DNA of 63,954 bases, the filler included, from Acetivibrio sp. (GTDB lineage Bacteria; Bacillota; Clostridia; Acetivibrionales; Acetivibrionaceae), in NCBI RefSeq assembly GCF_035371925.1. It is 9 parts of 9 records of this genome, joined end to end, with 100 filler letters (N's around TTAATTAATTAA, not from the genome) between each part and the next. Parts side by side here need not be neighbours in the genome. Positions count along the whole stretch, not along the records: positions 8,438 to 16,691 come from NZ_DAORXT010000115.1; positions 16,792 to 24,410 come from NZ_DAORXT010000117.1; 7 more parts are not named here. One strand, 5' to 3'. The notes under the pieces are model-generated. The model had not been told where the DNA came from. It was given only the letters and a program-made list of their open reading frames with translations, and searched no databases. The translations under genes were made by a program, and so were the position numbers. Positions 8,508 to 17,985 of this stretch are shown here, piece after piece; position 1 is the first letter of the stretch; each line of letters starts with the position of its first letter.

Positions 8508-11500
8508 ATGTACATGAAACGAAATTTTTATTTTCGGACCTTTGCATTCGTAATGGTTCTTAGTATTTTCTTCAACCTTTCATTAATAACGGGTTTTAAC
8601 GGCCTTTTTGCTCAAAATGTTTTTGCGGCTGAAGAAAAAAAGGCTGAACTTCCGGCTTCAAGCAACCAGATTCATGTAACATTAAAAAACATTATATCAG
8701 GTGTCCCAAAAGACACTATAGCTTTGCAGCTTGGTATTATCAATTTAAATAAAGGATTAAATATAAACTTGGATGATATCAAGCTAAGATACTACTTCAC
8801 TAATGATGGCTGCTCTCCTATACAAGTTGATGTAAAATCGTTTGGTACAAATGCAAAGAGTTTTGATCCAGAATTGGTTAAAACCTCATTGGTAACAACA
8901 GGTTTGTCTTATCCTGGTGCCGACAGCTATGTTGAAATAAGCTTTACCGGTTCTGTAGAACTAAACTGTGACCGTAAACCTATATACATTGAGCTTGATA
9001 TTAAAGAGAACGACAGTTCCCGCGACTTCGATCAATCCAATGACTTTTCAAATAACAACTATTATTCTCCTTTTTTGCCTGAAAATGTTTTTGCATCTGG
9101 AAGAGTACCGGTATTCATTTACGAACCCAAAAAATCCGATTTCTTGCTTTTGACAGGTGTGTTGCCCAGTGAAACATCCAAACTTCCAACCCCAAGTTCG
9201 ACACCTTTAGTTTCTCCTTCTCCCTCACCCGCAGTGCCTGCAGGTGAAAAAATACTTGCTACCGCTTCAGGAAATATAATTGGACCAACTCCTTCGCCTG
9301 CAGGATTATTTGAACCTGCCGATGTTGGGTTCAGCCATAAAGGTTCGGTAGATGTCGGTTTTTCTCCAAGGAAAAAAGAAGCTTTGATTCTGCTTGATTC
9401 TTCTTATGAATCTACGAAGACAGAGCCTGGCCTACTTGGCATTTTTAAATATTGTCTATTCTCCAGCGGTGATTCTGTATACCAAGGCGATAATGTAACA
9501 ATTGAAGGTGACGTATTTACAAGAGATACAATGAAGTTTTACCTAGCAAACTTTGGTATAGATGGAAAAGTGGAGTATAAGGAGAAAATTATTTCATCTG
9601 GTGACAGACCCTTAGGCAGTCAGGAAAAAAAGATGAGTGAAGCTGAGGCAAGCAGGTATGACCGCTATCTTATACCGGATGAAAATGACGACTATTCAAA
9701 TTTATTCACAATGATACAGGATAAGGTTACAGAACTGCCTACAAAAGATGAAGCCAAGTTTTTGTTTTTGGAGGAAATAATTCCAACCTATTATCCTCCT
9801 GCTCTTACAAACCCTGATTGGCAAAAAAGCACTGCAGAGTTTTTCTATGATGACAATGACAAATCTATATCTGTTTCATATAATTCAAAAGAATCGGGAA
9901 TACGTAGCCGCAAATATAATAACTCCTTCCCGGAATATGTCTTAAAACAGTCCCATAGTGACGCTAAATTTGTACTTAAGGCTAACATGTTTTTTGACGG
10001 CAATCTTATGATAAGTGTCAATAATATCAAGCAAGATTTAGTCGATGGAGCTACAACTACTTTTATATATGCTTACGGTGATATAGTCTTACAAGGTAAT
10101 AGCGGAATATTGAATGATGTGTATCTTATAACAAAATACGGCAACATTTATATTGAAACAAACAACTCCACTGTCAATGGTGTTGCCTTTGCCCCAAACG
10201 GAAAAATTGTCATTCAGGGTCAAGGCAATGATATACAAGGAAGTTTTGTTGCAAATTCCATTGAAAGTACAGCAGGTAACAATAAATTTAAAGGCCCCAG
10301 TGACGGACAATTGGAAGAAATCGAGGATGCTTTAAAATCTACTGAAGGTTTTGACACCATTAGGAACGCAATAGCATTACTTCCATATATTTTCGATGAA
10401 TATACAAAAGCAGGTATTATTACCTATTCGGATTATGCAAATATAAATAAGTCTCACGTTTATGATGACTGGAAATTCTTCAATGCTGCCACAGAAAGGG
10501 AGGAATTCCTAAACTTTACTATAGAGCTGACACCAGATGAAAAAAGCAAGAAAAGCAATCTTGGTGACGGATTGAGAAAAGCTTTGGATGCATTTAATAA
10601 ATACTCCGCCCCTGAGTCAGATAAATATATATACATCTTTACAGGTCTTGATCCGAACGCATACACTATATCGCATGTACCTGGCAGCAAATTTGAAACC
10701 GATCCGGAATTTAACACCGAAGATCTTTACATTGGTGAGGAAAAAGGCAGCAATGAAGGAAATGAATATGTTAGAGAAATAATGAAATTAATTGACAATT
10801 ATAACAAATCCGGGAAAGGTAAAATAAAAATTATACTTGTTGATTTGAGCACTTATATCAGAGAATTAAATATAAAAATGGGTGCAAAAGAATCAGAAAT
10901 AAAAGTCAGCGATTTGGAAAACCTTGCAAAAGACTTAGGACTTAATATCTCCAGCTCCGAAGAGAAATCTTACTATCGTCCTTCATTAGAAGATATACAA
11001 TCTCTTTGGATTATAAATGAATTGGCATATCAGGCAAACAGTATGCCACCTAAATTAGCTGTAGAAAACCTGAAAATCAGTTCAGCAAAATTTGAACTGT
11101 CGCTGCCCAGCTACCTCAAGCCTGTTGAACTGTATTTTGCAAAACCGGGTAATACAAAAGAGTCGATTGTCAAATTGTCGGAACTTGTGCCATCCGGTAA
11201 CAAATACAATATCAGCTACACCTTCACCGGTGATAAGCTTGCAACCCTTACAAGTACCAATAACGGCTTAAGATACGACTTAAACGGCAAAGAGCTGTAC
11301 CTGACGCTAATTGTCAACAATTCCGACGAATTCATCGAGGATACTCTGACTATTACAGGTACAGTTGATACTGACGGACCTACAATAACATACAAATTAT
11401 ATGAAGACAAAAACGATGACGATGAGAAATCTGAAGATGAAAATGAATTTGAAGTTGTAGTGCCGTTCGACAAAATTAAATTTAATGTAGAATACAAGAA

Positions 11501-11513
11501 GGATATCAACTAA
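8508..11513 (+). CDS. Secreted CBM3 + P/S linker + degenerate vWA protein with an inserted beta-helix-like region
   Basis: Signal peptide; CBM3 motifs LDDIKLRYYFTNDG, ADSYVEISF, FDQSNDFS; vWA-like ALILLDSS and SNLGDGLRKAL..KYIYIFTG.DPN; glycine-rich beta-strand repeats GDIVLQG..GNIYIE..FAPNGKIVIQG. The start may be ATG 8514 on RBS spacing. Confidence 0.7.
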   Translation: MYMKRNFYFRTFAFVMVLSIFFNLSLITGFNGLFAQNVFAAEEKKAELPASSNQIHVTLKNIISGVPKDTIALQLGIINLNKGLNINLDDIKLRYYFTNDGCSPIQVDVKSFGTNAKSFDPELVKTSLVTTGLSYPGADSYVEISFTGSVELNCDRKPIYIELDIKENDSSRDFDQSNDFSNNNYYSPFLPENVFASGRVPVFIYEPKKSDFLLLTGVLPSETSKLPTPSSTPLVSPSPSPAVPAGEKILATASGNIIGPTPSPAGLFEPADVGFSHKGSVDVGFSPRKKEALILLDSSYESTKTEPGLLGIFKYCLFSSGDSVYQGDNVTIEGDVFTRDTMKFYLANFGIDGKVEYKEKIISSGDRPLGSQEKKMSEAEASRYDRYLIPDENDDYSNLFTMIQDKVTELPTKDEAKFLFLEEIIPTYYPPALTNPDWQKSTAEFFYDDNDKSISVSYNSKESGIRSRKYNNSFPEYVLKQSHSDAKFVLKANMFFDGNLMISVNNIKQDLVDGATTTFIYAYGDIVLQGNSGILNDVYLITKYGNIYIETNNSTVNGVAFAPNGKIVIQGQGNDIQGSFVANSIESTAGNNKFKGPSDGQLEEIEDALKSTEGFDTIRNAIALLPYIFDEYTKAGIITYSDYANINKSHVYDDWKFFNAATEREEFLNFTIELTPDEKSKKSNLGDGLRKALDAFNKYSAPESDKYIYIFTGLDPNAYTISHVPGSKFETDPEFNTEDLYIGEEKGSNEGNEYVREIMKLIDNYNKSGKGKIKIILVDLSTYIRELNIKMGAKESEIKVSDLENLAKDLGLNISSSEEKSYYRPSLEDIQSLWIINELAYQANSMPPKLAVENLKISSAKFELSLPSYLKPVELYFAKPGNTKESIVKLSELVPSGNKYNISYTFTGDKLATLTSTNNGLRYDLNGKELYLTLIVNNSDEFIEDTLTITGTVDTDGPTITYKLYEDKNDDDEKSEDENEFEVVVPFDKIKFNVEYKKDIN

Positions 11514-11532
11514 ACCAATAAAAAACTTTACA

Positions 11533-11563
11533 AAGAGCTCCGGATTTTAAAACCGGAGCTCTT
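11533..11563 (+). terminator. Rho-independent terminator
   Basis: AAGAGCTCCGG/CCGGAGCTCTT stem followed by a T-rich tract. Confidence 0.85.
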
Positions 11564-11723
11564 ATTTTATTAATAACAGGCTAAAAAATTAGATATGTCA
11601 AATAATTGTTATGTAATATTGTAAAGTTATATGTTACAATATGTTCGTACATGCTATTTTATATTATGTCATGTACAACCTAAAAATATTGTCGATTGTA
11701 AAAATTTATCAGGAGGTCAAATA

Positions 11724-12806
11724 ATGAGCACTGAGCAAAACAAAAAAAACAATTCAAAAATAATGTTGATTTCCTCAACCGTAATTCTTATTTTGGTGTT
11801 TATAGTCCTTGTATCCAAACTTGGTTCGAAATCACCTTCTGACCCATCTCAACCTTCAAAGAATTCTCAAATTTCTCAGTCTAAGTACATAAAGGAAAAA
11901 ATAAACACCCCCATAAGCCTCGATACCTCAATAAAAAATGCTATAACCTGCGGTTCTCTTGCTGTAACAGACGAGTATGTTTTCTATTCAAACACCGAAG
12001 GTCTTTACAAAATCAACAAGGACGGTTCAAACAAAGTTGAGTTGGAAACAGGAGAAATTTCAAACATCAATATATATGACAATTACTTATATTATACCAA
12101 AAGAATTTCCGATGACAAAATCATACGCAATACCAACTATACTCACAATATTATCAAGCAGTCCTTTGACGGTTCCGAGAAAACCGAAATTGCCAGCGTA
12201 GAATGCCAGAGAATAGGGTCAATGCTGGTGGCCAATGACCTGATAATATATAAACTTATTATATTTAAGGGTAACGGCGGTAGAAACGACTTAGGCGAAG
12301 AAACAGGAGAGCTTATAAACAAATACAGAGCTATTTCCACCGTCGACTACGAAGATACCGGTGATGTATCGGAAGCGCAATACAACTCAATAATGACGCT
12401 GAATTATCCTTTCAATCAATCGGAGCTTAGCCAATACCTTCGTGCGGACTATGAGAATTTTACAATAAGAAATTCAAAATATACCATCGATGACACAATG
12501 TATTTTGAAGCAAGGCACATGAAGAACCCAAGAGATGCGGCCATATTCAGCATCTCAAAAAAAGACAACAAGCTTAATCTTATTACCAGGTATGATGTTG
12601 TCACAGGAAGTAATTATACTATTGAAAGCAGTCTCGAAGGTTTTTCATACAACGAAAGCGATAACAGTCTGTACTATATATTGTCGGCAAGAAAAAAATA
12701 CAGTGACCGCGATTCCATAGGAGAAAAGCTTGAATTGTGCAAACTGGATTTGAACGACAACTCTATAACCGTTATTGATACTATATTAGAATCTCAAGAC
12801 TTTTAG
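11724..12806 (+). CDS. Membrane-anchored DUF5050-like (beta-propeller) protein
   Basis: AGGAGG RBS before ATG 11724; N-terminal TM helix; YVFYS...GLYKINKDGS and INIYDNYLYY repeats. Confidence 0.65.
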   Translation: MSTEQNKKNNSKIMLISSTVILILVFIVLVSKLGSKSPSDPSQPSKNSQISQSKYIKEKINTPISLDTSIKNAITCGSLAVTDEYVFYSNTEGLYKINKDGSNKVELETGEISNINIYDNYLYYTKRISDDKIIRNTNYTHNIIKQSFDGSEKTEIASVECQRIGSMLVANDLIIYKLIIFKGNGGRNDLGEETGELINKYRAISTVDYEDTGDVSEAQYNSIMTLNYPFNQSELSQYLRADYENFTIRNSKYTIDDTMYFEARHMKNPRDAAIFSISKKDNKLNLITRYDVVTGSNYTIESSLEGFSYNESDNSLYYILSARKKYSDRDSIGEKLELCKLDLNDNSITVIDTILESQDF

Positions 12807-12854
12807 TTTAAATTAAAGAGCTTGTAGCATTAACTCCTTCTTGTAAATAAAATA

Positions 12855-12905
12855 AAAATAAAACAGGAGTGGCAAAAAATAATTTTTACTCCTGTTTTAT
12901 TTTTT
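12855..12905 (+). terminator. Terminator-like hairpin
   Basis: ATAAAACAGGAGT...ACTCCTGTTTTAT inverted repeat followed by a T run. Confidence 0.65.
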
Positions 12906-12958
12906 TATGTTTATAGAAATTACCGCTATTTATTCACTTAGAATTTTTATTAATAAAA

Positions 12959-12994
12959 GATATCAGGCGAATCCTTTTAAATCCGCCTGATATC
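12959..12994 (-). terminator. Hairpin downstream of tRNA-Arg
   Basis: GATATCAGGCG/CGCCTGATATC stem; T-rich tract follows on the minus strand. Confidence 0.65.
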
Positions 12995-13002
12995 ATGTTC
13001 TT

Positions 13003-13079
13003 TGGCGCGCCCAAGAGGAGTCGAACCCCTAGCCTTTTGATCCGTAGTCAAACGCTCTATCCAATTGAGCTATGGGCGC
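13003..13079 (-). tRNA. tRNA-Arg(ACG)
   Basis: Reverse complement GCGCCCATAGCTCAATTGGATAGAGCG TTTGA-CT-ACG-GA-TCAAA ... GGTTCGACTCC..GGGCGCGCCA. Confidence 0.97.
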
Positions 13080-13106
13080 ACAACTTAATTTTAATGAACA
13101 CATAAT

Positions 13107-13135
13107 ATGATAATACAAATTTTAAAAAAAATCAA
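13107..13135 (-). promoter_or_regulatory. Sigma-A-type promoter of tRNA-Arg
   Basis: TTGATT-17bp-TATCAT on the minus strand. Confidence 0.55.
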
Positions 13136-13348
13136 CACCATTATTTTCTTTTTTATAAACAACGTTAAAAAAGAATTCCAAAATACCTGTCCGATTGCCA
13201 AAACACTTCAAAAACAAGTTTAGAACAAGTTTATTTTCCTTGAATACTTCATACAAGGTTTATTATTCCTGTAACATGTCAATTTTATATGATATAATAA
13301 AAATATTTGAACGAGAATATTTTCCCATTACAGTGAGGGGTTGATATA

Positions 13349-14329
13349 GTGTTTTTCGAGTCATACAAATCCATTTTGTATTCGGATACTTTGGTTCCGG
13401 ATATTTTTATTACCGAGTATATGCCTTTGCTCAGCTCCGATAGTGTAAAGGTGTATTTATACTGTCTATTCTTAAGCAAACACAACAAAAATGCTTCAAC
13501 AGAAGAGTTTGCTAAAAGTTTGGGGCTGGAAGTCCCAAAGGTAAAGGAATGCCTTGCCCAGCTTGAAAATCTCGGTGTGCTTTCCTGGAAGGAAAACGGT
13601 CTTGTGCTTCATGACCTTAAAGAAAAGGAAATCAAAAAAATGTACCGTTTAAAAACCACATCAACACCGGAAGAGGCAGCATCCAACTGCGAAAAGAACA
13701 AAAAGCGCAACGAAATAATTTATACCATAAACAATACATTTTTCCAAGGCATTATGTCGCCCTCATGGTATACCGATATCGACGCGTGGTTTGACCGTTA
13801 TAAATTTGACGAAGATGTCATGTTGGCGCTGTTTCAATATTGTTTTGACCACAAAGGTCTTATTAAACCGTACATAGAAAAAGTTGCCGAAAACTGGAAA
13901 AACAGAAATATTAGAAATTCCTTTGACCTTGACAATTACTCTATCGAGTACAAAAAATTCAAGGATATTCGCAGTGCCATTGTCAAGAAGCTGAAACTCG
14001 GCCGAAACCTCACCGAGTTTGAAGAGGAATATGTTGAAAAGTGGGTTATGGATTATGGGTACGACATTGACATCATTGAGCTTGCATTAAAAAAGACAAC
14101 GTCTAAAACAAACCCGAATTTTGATTATCTAAACAGCATAATTACCGACTGGCACAATAACAGCCTTAAAACCAAAGAAGAGGTTGCCGTATATGAAACC
14201 ACACGAAGAAAGAAAAATTCCAAAACCGGCTCCGTGGCATCTTCCTCTGTCACTGTGCCCCAAAAAGGCAATTTTGAGCAAAGAAAATATGAGGATGAGT
14301 ATTTAAACAGTCTTTATGAAAATGCTTAA
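13349..14329 (+). CDS. DnaD-domain replication protein (two DnaD/DnaB_2 domains)
   Basis: IDAWFDRYKFDEDVMLALFQYC..YIEKVAENW and IIELALKKTTSKTNPNFDYLNSIITDWHNNSLKT motifs. Confidence 0.85.
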   Translation: MFFESYKSILYSDTLVPDIFITEYMPLLSSDSVKVYLYCLFLSKHNKNASTEEFAKSLGLEVPKVKECLAQLENLGVLSWKENGLVLHDLKEKEIKKMYRLKTTSTPEEAASNCEKNKKRNEIIYTINNTFFQGIMSPSWYTDIDAWFDRYKFDEDVMLALFQYCFDHKGLIKPYIEKVAENWKNRNIRNSFDLDNYSIEYKKFKDIRSAIVKKLKLGRNLTEFEEEYVEKWVMDYGYDIDIIELALKKTTSKTNPNFDYLNSIITDWHNNSLKTKEEVAVYETTRRKKNSKTGSVASSSVTVPQKGNFEQRKYEDEYLNSLYENA

Positions 14330-14368
14330 ACCCCAATGCAATAATGTAACGGGAAACAAGGAGGCAGC

Positions 14369-15400
14369 ATGAGCAGGGATATTCACCGCATAATAATAAA
14401 TGAATATGAAGCAAGACAACAGGCAGCCTCTTACAGGCAATTATTGAAAAGAGAAGAGGTTTATAAAAAGATACCCCGAATTGCGGAAATAGACAATCAA
14501 ATACAGCTCATAGGAGTAAAATACAATAAGTCCATACTCCTTGGCATTGAACCTTCGGACAAAGCAGTAAGCGAGCTTTTGGAAAAAATCGAATGCCTTA
14601 AAAAGGAAAAGAAGCAATTGCTGGCAAATCACTCCTATCCCGAGAATTATCTCGAGCTTGAATTCCAATGCCAACAATGCAAGGACACCGGCTTTGTAGA
14701 AACAAAGACCGGTACGGAAAAATGCTCCTGCTACCGCCAGCAATATATCAACCACCTTTTTAAGCAGTCCAATATAAAGGTTTTGGATGTGGAGAACTTC
14801 TCTGCTTTCAACGAAAACTTTTATCCCGATGAAATCAATGAAAAAAAGTACGGAATACGAATTTCTCCAAGGGAGAATATATTAAAAATACGGCAGCGAG
14901 CCCAGGCGTTTATTGATAATATCGACAATCCGCAGAATAAAAACCTTTTTTTCAGCGGACCCACAGGAGTTGGCAAAACCTTTATGATAAACTGCATAGC
15001 CGCAGAACTTTTAAAAAAAGGCAGAACTGTACTGTATCAGACAGCCCAGTCCCTGTTCAAGGTTATCAACGATTACAGACTGTCGGCTCTAAAGGACGAT
15101 GAATTTGAAGATACCGCATACTCCGATATCTTCAATGTTGAGCTCCTTATTATAGATGACCTTGGAACCGAATCTCCAACGGCGACAAGATACGCAGAAC
15201 TTCTGAATATACTAAACACGCGGCATGAGAATAATTTGTCCGCACCCTGCAAGACCATCATAGCTACCAACCTCGGAATCAACCTGCTTAATGAATACTA
15301 TGACGAAAGAATAGTATCAAGAATTATAGGAGGATTCGACCTGTTCCGGTTTGCAGGAAACGATATCAGAGTGCTGAAAAAGACTGCGCAAGGCGTTTGA
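14369..15400 (+). CDS. DnaC/DnaI-like helicase loader ATPase
   Basis: CQQCKDTG..CSC zinc motif, GPTGVGKT Walker A, LLIIDDLGTE Walker B, ATNL, DERIVSRI. Confidence 0.88.
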   Translation: MSRDIHRIIINEYEARQQAASYRQLLKREEVYKKIPRIAEIDNQIQLIGVKYNKSILLGIEPSDKAVSELLEKIECLKKEKKQLLANHSYPENYLELEFQCQQCKDTGFVETKTGTEKCSCYRQQYINHLFKQSNIKVLDVENFSAFNENFYPDEINEKKYGIRISPRENILKIRQRAQAFIDNIDNPQNKNLFFSGPTGVGKTFMINCIAAELLKKGRTVLYQTAQSLFKVINDYRLSALKDDEFEDTAYSDIFNVELLIIDDLGTESPTATRYAELLNILNTRHENNLSAPCKTIIATNLGINLLNEYYDERIVSRIIGGFDLFRFAGNDIRVLKKTAQGV

Positions 15401-15458
15401 GACAGGCTTTGGCTTAGAAATAAATGAGGAGACAAACTTTTTTTCTCGAAACTAAAAA

Positions 15459-15487
15459 AGGACATATCCTAAAAAAGGGTATGTCCT
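15459..15487. terminator. Hairpin between convergent genes
   Basis: AGGACATATCC/GGGTATGTCCT inverted repeat. Confidence 0.7.
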
Positions 15488-15499
15488 CCTTAATACTTG

Positions 15500-16588
15500 T
15501 CAGCCTATTCCTATAGCCTTTAAAATGCTCCTCAAAGTCTCAACATCAACAGTTCCCGCCATTTGCAGTCCGTTGAACACATAGATTAAAGCCACCATCA
15601 AAATACCCGGTACAAGGGCAATAAAATCCACTGCTTTAACCGAGGATCTATCTTCCTTTATTTCCCTGACATCCTTTGATGTATTCTTAATGAAAGCATA
15701 AAGAAGTAATCCGAAAATTGCTGCCATAAAAACAAACACCACCGAATAAAAGATTATTACTGCGGCAATCTGGGCTCCGGAAAGCTTTGAAAGCTCACCA
15801 AGCACATCTCCCACATTGGTTGTGTTCATTTCATTCGCACCGGAGAGCCCCATTTTCTCCATGTACTCAGTCATCTTCATTGACAGAAAAAGTGCAGCCA
15901 CTGCTATAGAGTTGTTGGTAAAATGGGCAAACATTCCGACAAATATGGAATTACTCCTGTATACCAGAAAACCTATTAACGCTCCCAGTGCAAAAGTTCC
16001 GAAAAGCTTCTGAAAATCAAAATGGAGAAGTCCAAATAGAAATGCGGTAATTAGAATAGATTTGACTGTCCCCAGCCTCTCAAAGCCCCTTTGGATTACC
16101 CCTCTAAACAAAAGCTCCTCACATATCCCGGCAGAGGCTCCTATAACCAGTATGCTGACAAGAAAACCTATAGCATCGTTTCCAACAGGAACCTGGCTAA
16201 CCTCCACAGTACCAAACAAAAGCTTTACCAAAACCATGTTCAAAATATTAAATAAACCTACTACAGGTATAGAAAATAGCATTATCCAAAACGTCAGAAA
16301 AAAATTCATAAAGCCCGTTTTGTTTATTCTCAACACCTTTTTTACATCAAACTTGAACAATATCAAAAAAAGCAACGGCGGAAGCATTATAAGCAGAATC
16401 TCCGCAAGAGCTCCTCCAAGGTTGAAGCCCAGTTTTGTTTGCAATCTGGTAGACACAAACACCATAAGTAATACCGCCAGGGAATAAAGCGTTCCCACCT
16501 GCATTATGCTTGGCATTTTAGCATCTTCAGCCTGTTTTTCCGCTTCCGGTTTATCCATACTGCTTTGCCCCATTAAAAACTCTTCCAT
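15500..16588 (-). CDS. CPBP family intramembrane metalloprotease (Abi/CAAX)
   Basis: GICEELLFRG, FGLLH and HFTNN motifs; multiple TM segments. Confidence 0.92.
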   Translation of the reverse strand: MEEFLMGQSSMDKPEAEKQAEDAKMPSIMQVGTLYSLAVLLMVFVSTRLQTKLGFNLGGALAEILLIMLPPLLFLILFKFDVKKVLRINKTGFMNFFLTFWIMLFSIPVVGLFNILNMVLVKLLFGTVEVSQVPVGNDAIGFLVSILVIGASAGICEELLFRGVIQRGFERLGTVKSILITAFLFGLLHFDFQKLFGTFALGALIGFLVYRSNSIFVGMFAHFTNNSIAVAALFLSMKMTEYMEKMGLSGANEMNTTNVGDVLGELSKLSGAQIAAVIIFYSVVFVFMAAIFGLLLYAFIKNTSKDVREIKEDRSSVKAVDFIALVPGILMVALIYVFNGLQMAGTVDVETLRSILKAIGIG

Positions 16589-16691
16589 GACTTTTCCCCC
16601 TTCATAGTTAATGCAAAGCTAAAGCGCCATGTATTTATATTATAGACTATTTATAATAATTATTAAAGATTACCAATACATAATAAAACCT

Positions 16692-16791
16692 NNNNNNNNN
16701 NNNNNNNNNNNNNNNNNNNNNNNNNNNNNNNNNNNTTAATTAATTAANNNNNNNNNNNNNNNNNNNNNNNNNNNNNNNNNNNNNNNNNNNN
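16692..16791. other. Artificial contig linker
   Basis: N run + TTAATTAATTAA + N run. Confidence 0.98.
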
Positions 16792-17337
16792 CATTTTATA
16801 AATATTGTAGTAATTCTCCACCCTTTTTGTATAGATCTCCGTTTCTTTATAAGGTATAACATCAAGGCTTTTTCCCGTCGTGCTGTACTTACTGTTGTTC
16901 AGCCAGGAATGAACACATGCAGCACCGGCATTGTATGAGGCCACCACAAGGACACGATTGTCAAATTGCTTCTCCAAGTTATTTAAAAACCAGCACCCAA
17001 ACTTTATATTTGTCTCCGGGTCGTATAAATATTCTGCCTTAAAATCCTTAATCCCCATCATTTCTGCAATCCAGTATGCCGTATCATCGGTTACCTGCAT
17101 GAGTCCGCGGGCATTTTTATGCGAGGTCGCCTCAGGGTTAAAGCTGCTTTCTGCTTTAATAATCGAGAAAACAAGGTATGGATCCAAATTATATTCGGAA
17201 GAATATTTATAAACGTATTCCTTGTATTTCAAAGGAAACAGCATTTTAATAGTTCCTTCCAGAATTAATATAATGGAAATAACCGCCACAGCAAAAATAA
17301 AAATTTGCTTCACTCTTTTTTTTAGTCTATTAAGCAC
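16792..17337 (-). CDS. Lytic transglycosylase (SLT domain), 3' end cut by the contig edge
   Basis: IIKAESSF, ARGLMQV, NIKFGCWFL, ASYNAG, ETEIY motifs; GTG start at 17337 behind AAGGTGGT. Confidence 0.92.
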
Positions 17338-17378
17338 AAAAACAACCACCTTAACGAATTCTTTTTGCCATATTGAAA

Positions 17379-17960
17379 TCACTTTTTGTAAGTTTCTTCA
17401 ACCATTCTTCTAAGCTCTTCATAAGTACCGTCATTTTTAATTATTACATCAGCCAAGCTGCAATAATATTCGTCACTTAACTGGGCGTTTATTCTCTCTA
17501 TTACCTGTTCATAAGACAGGCCGCTTCTTTTCATTACTCTTTTTACCCTGTTTTCCCTGTCTGCCACTACCACCCAGACTTCATCAGCAATATCGAGAAA
17601 TCCGTCTTTTATCGGAATGGGTGCATCTATTACAACAGTCTTTCCCAATTTCTTTAGAATTTCATGTCTTTCTTTAATAATTTGAGCAACATGTTTGTGG
17701 GTTATACTGTTTAAAACCTCAAGTTTGGCTTTGTCATTAAAGACTTCTTTGGCAAGCTTTTTTCGGTCAATTTCCCCATCTGACAAAAGTATTTTTCTCC
17801 CAAATAAGTCTAAAATTTCCCAGTATGCCTTATGACCTTTTCGGGTGATGTCTCTTGCAATAACATCAGCATCAATTACCTCTGCTCCAAGCTCGGCCAA
17901 AATTTTAGAAACTGTACTTTTTCCGCTTCCTATTCCCCCGGTAACTCCAATTGTTCTCAA
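17379..17960 (-). CDS. coaE: Dephospho-CoA kinase
   Basis: IGVTGGIGSGKSTVS, IDADVIAR, EIDRKKLA..VF, RINAQ; conserved position downstream of polA. Confidence 0.96.
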   Translation of the reverse strand: MRTIGVTGGIGSGKSTVSKILAELGAEVIDADVIARDITRKGHKAYWEILDLFGRKILLSDGEIDRKKLAKEVFNDKAKLEVLNSITHKHVAQIIKERHEILKKLGKTVVIDAPIPIKDGFLDIADEVWVVVADRENRVKRVMKRSGLSYEQVIERINAQLSDEYYCSLADVIIKNDGTYEELRRMVEETYKK

Positions 17961-17985
17961 ATTTCAACATCCCTCTATCACTATA

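Noticed and set aside
8336..8520. Apparent adjacency of the CRISPR array to the CBM3-vWA gene (also rnpB to GH9, and IS3 to tRNA-Leu)
   Set aside because: Each pair is separated by a contig linker, so the adjacency is artificial.
13349..15400. DnaD + DnaC pair as a prophage replication module
   Set aside because: No phage genes flank it, and the pair is the normal chromosomal helicase-loading locus in clostridia.
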